Positions 58,761 to 64,000 of a DNA stretch of 64,000 nucleotides are shown here, piece after piece. The position numbers and the translations under genes were made by a program. A model generated the notes under the pieces. The model searched no databases, was not told the DNA's origin, and worked only from the letters and a program-made list of their open reading frames with translations. Source of the DNA: Paramecium tetraurelia (lineage: Eukaryota); NCBI GenBank assembly GCA_000165425.1, contig CT868006.1:124001-188000 (forward strand), given 5' to 3'. Numbering within the stretch: the stretch's first letter is position 1; every line of letters begins with the position of its first letter.

Positions 58761-61384
58761 ATGTTATTAATATTGTACATTCCTTTAATATCGGCTTCTT
58801 ATCTTTATGAGAATTCAACACTCATCACATAAACATTGTTTTATGAAAGAGAAGGCAACCCCATGTACAATTTAAGTGTGTTAACAACCTAAGAATCATA
58901 CAATTAATTGGATATCAAGATTGAAGATCTCGAAAAGCGATAATTTCATATTCCCTCAGAAATGGAACCATTTAAAAGCATTTATAATGATATCGTTAAT
59001 CCCATTGAATATTCGCATTACGATTATGAAACCCTAATTGATGAATCTCCTTTTAAATTTAATGTAATCAGAGTCGATACTCAAGAAACTATACTCTCTT
59101 TATTTGATATTATAGTTTCTGAATTGTACAGTGAATTTACAGTGAAAATACCTACTAAATACTTTTTTGGATTAGGAGAAAGGAATCAAAAAGGATTCAG
59201 GTTCAAAGAAGGAATTTACACTTTGATGGCTAAAGACGTCCCTTAATTGTTAGAAGATGGCAAATAACCAGGGAAAGGTGTCTATTCATCTCACCCAGTG
59301 TATTTGATGAGAGAAAGATCAGGCAAATACCATGTGTTGTTTTTTAAGAATAGTTCGCCTATGGATGTCGTCTATAAAGAGGATAAGTTGACATTCAAGT
59401 ACATCGGCGGAATACTGTAATTGAAACTCTTCTTAGGTGACTACGATCCTGAGACTGCAGTTAAATTATATCACTCCTATTTAGGAGGTTGGGCATTGCA
59501 TCCCTTTTGGGCCATGGGATATCATCATAGTAGATGGCCAATTAAAAGTAGTGAGAAGTTGAAAGAGTACGTTCATAATCATAAGGAAAATGATATCCCC
59601 ATAGATACTATATGGTCAGATATCGATTACATGAATGATAGATAAATCTTTTCTGTGGATGAAACGAGATTCCATAAGAGTGACTTTGAAGAAATATAAA
59701 ATCAATTGGGAGTGAACTACATCCCAATTATTGATGTGGCAGTCGGAGTTAAGTATGGTAAACAAGATAAAGGATTCAGAGAGGGAATCAATTTAGATAT
59801 CTTTTTAAGATCTCCAAATACAGGTCAAAGATTTAGAGGTAATGTATGGCCAGGATCTTCATATTTTCCAGATTTCTTTCATCCGAATTGTTCGACTTAT
59901 TGGAGGACTATGATCAAACATCTCTATCAAAGTACTAATTTTAGCGGATTATGGATCGATATGAATGAGCCAACTAATTTCTGCGATGGGGAATGCGACC
60001 TCTAATCAGGAGGCGATAAATGGAATTCTACAATGGACTACACTGACATTAATGAAGATTACAAAAACAATCATATTAGATTCCCTTACATTCCTGGAGT
60101 GTCACCGCTTGAAAAGATGACTCTCCCTCCAAATTTATACCATTATGGCAAATACCTCCACAAGGATGTTCATAATCTTTATGGATTGCAAGAATCATAT
60201 GAAACATATTAAGCTTAAAAAGAAATTGGAAAACCATTGCCATTTATTATCTCAAGATCCACTTTTCCTGGAAGTGGCCATTTTACCTAGCATTGGGAGG
60301 GAGACAACGAAGCCTCGTATACATTTCTGTATTTATCTGTTGGGTCCACAATGCAATTCAATATCTTCGGTATACCCATGGTAGGTGCTGATGTGTGTGG
60401 ATTCTTAGATAACACTACCCCTAATTTGTGTGCTCGCTGGGTTTAATTGGGTAGTCTTTACCCATTTTTTAGAAATCACAATAATGATAGAGCCAAGGAT
60501 CAAGAATTCTATTCTCTTGGTTAGGATGTGTATTAAGCAGCCAGAAGAAATATTAAATTAAGATATTCTATTATCAAATGGTACTATTCGTTGTTCCTGA
60601 GATCTAATCACACTGGTACAATATTTCGACCAGTGTTCTTTGAATTTAATGATGATGTTAATCTATTCAAGGATGAAGTGTTGGATACATAATTTCTAAT
60701 AGGAGATGAACTAATCGCCACTCCTATCTTGATAGAAAATCAAACCATAAGAAAGGCATACTTCCCCAAAGCATATTGGTATCATTTCTTAAGTGGATCT
60801 AGATTGTAAAAGTAAGAAGATCCAGGATTGGAACATTTTATTGTGTGTAAATACACAGATTATGTTCCATTATATATAAGAGGTGGTAGTATCATCTTAC
60901 AATAAAATATCACTAATGTAAGATCCATTAAGGATCTCAAAAATCATTTTCATGCTGTCATTGCTATTGGTGAAAAAGATTCCTTTGGTACGATGATCGA
61001 TTTGGATGAATTCTCAGATTAAAAAGTATTTATTATCATCAGAATAGATTTTAGAGAAATGTGATCAATCAAACTGCATTCTTAATGTAAATTTCTCGAT
61101 ACAAGAAAATAAAGCTGAATTTACGATTGTGAGAGCTGATAATGGCAAACCAGCATCATATCCATTATTTATTAATAGATTAAAAATCTATGGTTTATCA
61201 CCATCCTAAAACATTAAATGTTCAAGCAATGTAATTCTTAGATTTAAGTTAGAAAATTGTTGAGTGTTCATACAGCAATGATAATACATTCCCGTATATT
61301 TCCATCATAGAATTAAATGAAGGAATTGGCCTTGAGTTTGGTGAAACAACAGACATATTCAAATTAACATTATAATTTTCATGA
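58761..61384 (+). CDS. GH31 alpha-glucosidase (secreted/lysosomal type)
   Basis: Signal-like MLLILYIPLISA, FGLGE, WAMGYHHSRW, WSDIDYM, nucleophile motif WIDMNEP, HNLYG, SRSTF, acid/base HWEGDN, GADVCGF and PFFRNH. Confidence 0.95.
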
Positions 61385-61605
61385 ATATAATATCACTTAA
61401 ATTATTTCATAGACTTTTGTCTTCTACTTTATTACTTTTGATTCCTGTGTTTTGAATAAATCTGGAGTAAAATTAATTCTAGTCTCCTCTCACTCTGAGA
61501 TTAAATAATAATATTCTATTATGATTCCATAATATTCTAATATCTATAAAACAATAAACTTATATCTTTTATAAAGTGAAAATAATTGTCAATGAGAAAT
61601 ATATA

Positions 61606-63064
61606 TCATTTAATAAATGCAATTACTACTGTAATGTCATCTATGACTTCATCTTCTCTTTACCATGCTTCTCTTGCGGCTTGAATCAGTCTTTAGCAAG
61701 CACCTTGAGTATCATCTTTTCTATAATATTCATAAACAGTCTCAATAACCCATTCATTAGAGAGGAATCTAATATTTAGTATCAATAATACTCCCATATT
61801 CCATCAGATGCAACAATAATGAACTTATCACAAAGGCAAAAGTGAATGTTTTATTATTTCAGGCTCACAAATCACACCAACTTAACTAGCAACATAATCA
61901 CCAAAACTTCTTGACATAGCTAAACCAGGGACATCCTCATCAGATTTCCAAACTCTAGCAGGTCCAACTGGATTGCCATCTTCATCACTATATGCTTGCA
62001 CACGACCTCCTCTTTGAATGATTCTGGCTTACTCTAGAAAACAATCAGGTTTATGATCTTTCGACAATTCAATTACCGACAATTTATTATCGAATCTTCC
62101 TATAACTGCTCTACTATCACCAATATTGGCACAGTATAATACATTTTCAAAGGAGATTACTGTTACAGTGGTTGCACCTGAGTAAGTGACATCAATTCCA
62201 CTTTCAAGTAATTCTTCATTGGTTTATAAAAAACAGTTTTTGAGGATTGTGTTAACTTATCTAGGAATTAATTAAATATTGTACTTATCTCTATCATAAC
62301 AGGATGAAATGGCCTAGATTCCTTATTCAATGAAGGAAGGTAATACTTATTGTAGGAATTGAGCTACTTAGTGGCCATTTGTGCCATGTCCATCTGAAAC
62401 TTAAATATACCAATCATTTTCTTTGTTGTTAAATTTGTTGATTAGTTTGTAGATGTCCTAATTGGTTTTAGTTTAACCATTGTAAAGCATTCCAGGAGCA
62501 CTCAATCCATTTGCTTTTGCTATATAGAGGTGCAAGTTTGAAATATCAGGATTACTAATTGAACGAGGTCCTTTAAATAATTTCGATTTAACTATGGATT
62601 GTTATTGTTGCTTAGTCATTTCCATTAATTTCTGGTATTTTTTAGAAATGCCTTGTTGATTGAATAGATCTTTGTTTTACTAAATTACAGGTTATTTAGT
62701 TTCAGGCCTCTCCTGCTTGATTTTTAATAAGATTGACAAGGCATTGGCAGATAAGTTATGTGAATTTTCTTTGGTTTCAATTAATTTGCTGTTCTAACGT
62801 GCATGAGTTTTTTTGAGTAATACACTGCTAACATCTTTGAAATCCTTTCCACTGGCTGGCCTTGATTTTTTGGCTTCAATTTTTGAATTGCCACCTCCAT
62901 TCCTATTGCTGGGTACTAGATATCTAAATAGTAATTTGATTGTTGTACTTGTTTGCATTTACGATTGGTGACTTCAATCGGGCTTATTATTCTTGCTCAC
63001 TTTTCCTTTTTAGAAGTGAAGCATATAATTTATCTGGAGAAATTTAGGAGGCTTTAGCTTTCAT
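61606..63064 (-). CDS. Protein phosphatase 2C (PPM family)
   Basis: TNQD, SDGHG, YSGATT, ANIGDSRA, DHKPD, GLAMSRSFGD, ASDGIWE and DDITVV. Confidence 0.95.
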
Positions 63065-63672
63065 GCAAAATAGTTGTTAATTATTAAAATTATAAATATA
63101 TACATATTTTACTTGATCATATTTTTTCATCATTCACCTCTCCTCTCGAACCCTCTACTGTGGATTTAGCTTATCACTATACTACTTCAGGAGATACTCT
63201 ACATAAGCCTATAATGTAATAATAAGCATTTTAATTGGTGTTGCATTCATTTATGTATTTCATCATCATTATTCTATTTTATTTTACAACCAAAATATTT
63301 TATTTAATTTTAGTTATTTTATTTATTTCTTAAATATAAAATCACAAATTCTAATCTCTACCTTGATAACTTAAATATTCCACTAAAATCTTAAGGTTTT
63401 CCCAATTAACTATATGAAAATACCAGAATCTTAAGTGATATTCAACAAGCTTTTTAATATCTTTATCTCCCTCTTTGTTAACTCCTATTTTTACAATTGA
63501 CTATTCAATATCAGCAAAAGAAATGATATGCAGTTCATATATTTTTATAAATTATCCATTTTAATAATATATATGTTAAAATTTATTAATATTTATTTAT
63601 TAAACCATACATCCTATATTCGCTAAATATATTTTATTATAAAAACCTTTGATTTAGAGATTATAAAATAAA

Positions 63673-64000
63673 ATGTAAAATTAAGATTAAGAATATTTGC
63701 TCAATAATGTGAACCCCATCTTAGAATAACTAGCACTCTATTTAGTTAAAGAAAAGCCTGACAATGTGGTAATTCCTATTCATTATGATTTAATTAGACC
63801 CAAGCATCAATTGAATGGTTAAGCGTAACAGGAGGTATTGTTATTATTCATCAATTCACTAGCTCAAATTGAAAATGGATTACATCATAACCAAAATTTT
63901 CATAATGACACTGTTGAATCATCTGATGATACAGAATCTGATGAGGATGACTACGAACTCTATGCCAATAATCCCATTCGACCAGATAGAGCAAGCGTTA
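63673..64000 (+). CDS. PKA regulatory subunit-like protein, 5' part (runs off the window)
   Basis: D/D-like EYLLNNVNPILEQLALYLVKEKPDNV, an acidic linker and hinge-like DRASV at the window edge. Two tiny introns are present. Confidence 0.65.

Noticed and set aside
61393..61530. 45-codon minus-strand ORF between GH31 and PP2C
   Set aside because: It is too short and has no motif. Such ORFs are common when TGA is the only stop.

Overview
This is AT-rich, very gene-dense eukaryotic DNA that reads as a ciliate macronuclear genome, most likely Paramecium; the species cannot be fixed from the sequence alone. TAA/TAG are read as Gln, TGA is the only stop, and genes carry 20-30 nt GT...AG introns. 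The supplied standard-code ORF track therefore shows only fragments, and I re-read the genes by hand in the ciliate code, so exon boundaries are approximate. About 30 protein genes and one tRNA-Ile(AAT) are present. They include an R-SNARE end, a ChAPs/exomer-like TPR protein, four kinases, ANP32-like, AP-1 mu, Dna2-like, peroxiredoxin, a TRANK1-like UvrD helicase, a large type I membrane protein, a dual-specificity phosphatase-like protein, EF-1beta, a HECT E3, a GAF protein, mitochondrial Hsp70, a GH31 alpha-glucosidase, PP2C and a PKA-R-like start. Five observations stand out. (1) The UBE3A-like AZUL-HECT ligase is fused in frame to a DUSP-UBL module normally seen on USP4/11/15 deubiquitinases. 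(2) The Dna2 has an intact Fe-S nuclease but a degenerate, truncated helicase. (3) The ChAPs homolog lies outside fungi. (4) The mtHsp70 carries up to four +1 frameshifts. (5) There are candidate pseudoenzymes, an ER-type peroxiredoxin ending in KSEL, and extremely short intergenic spacers.
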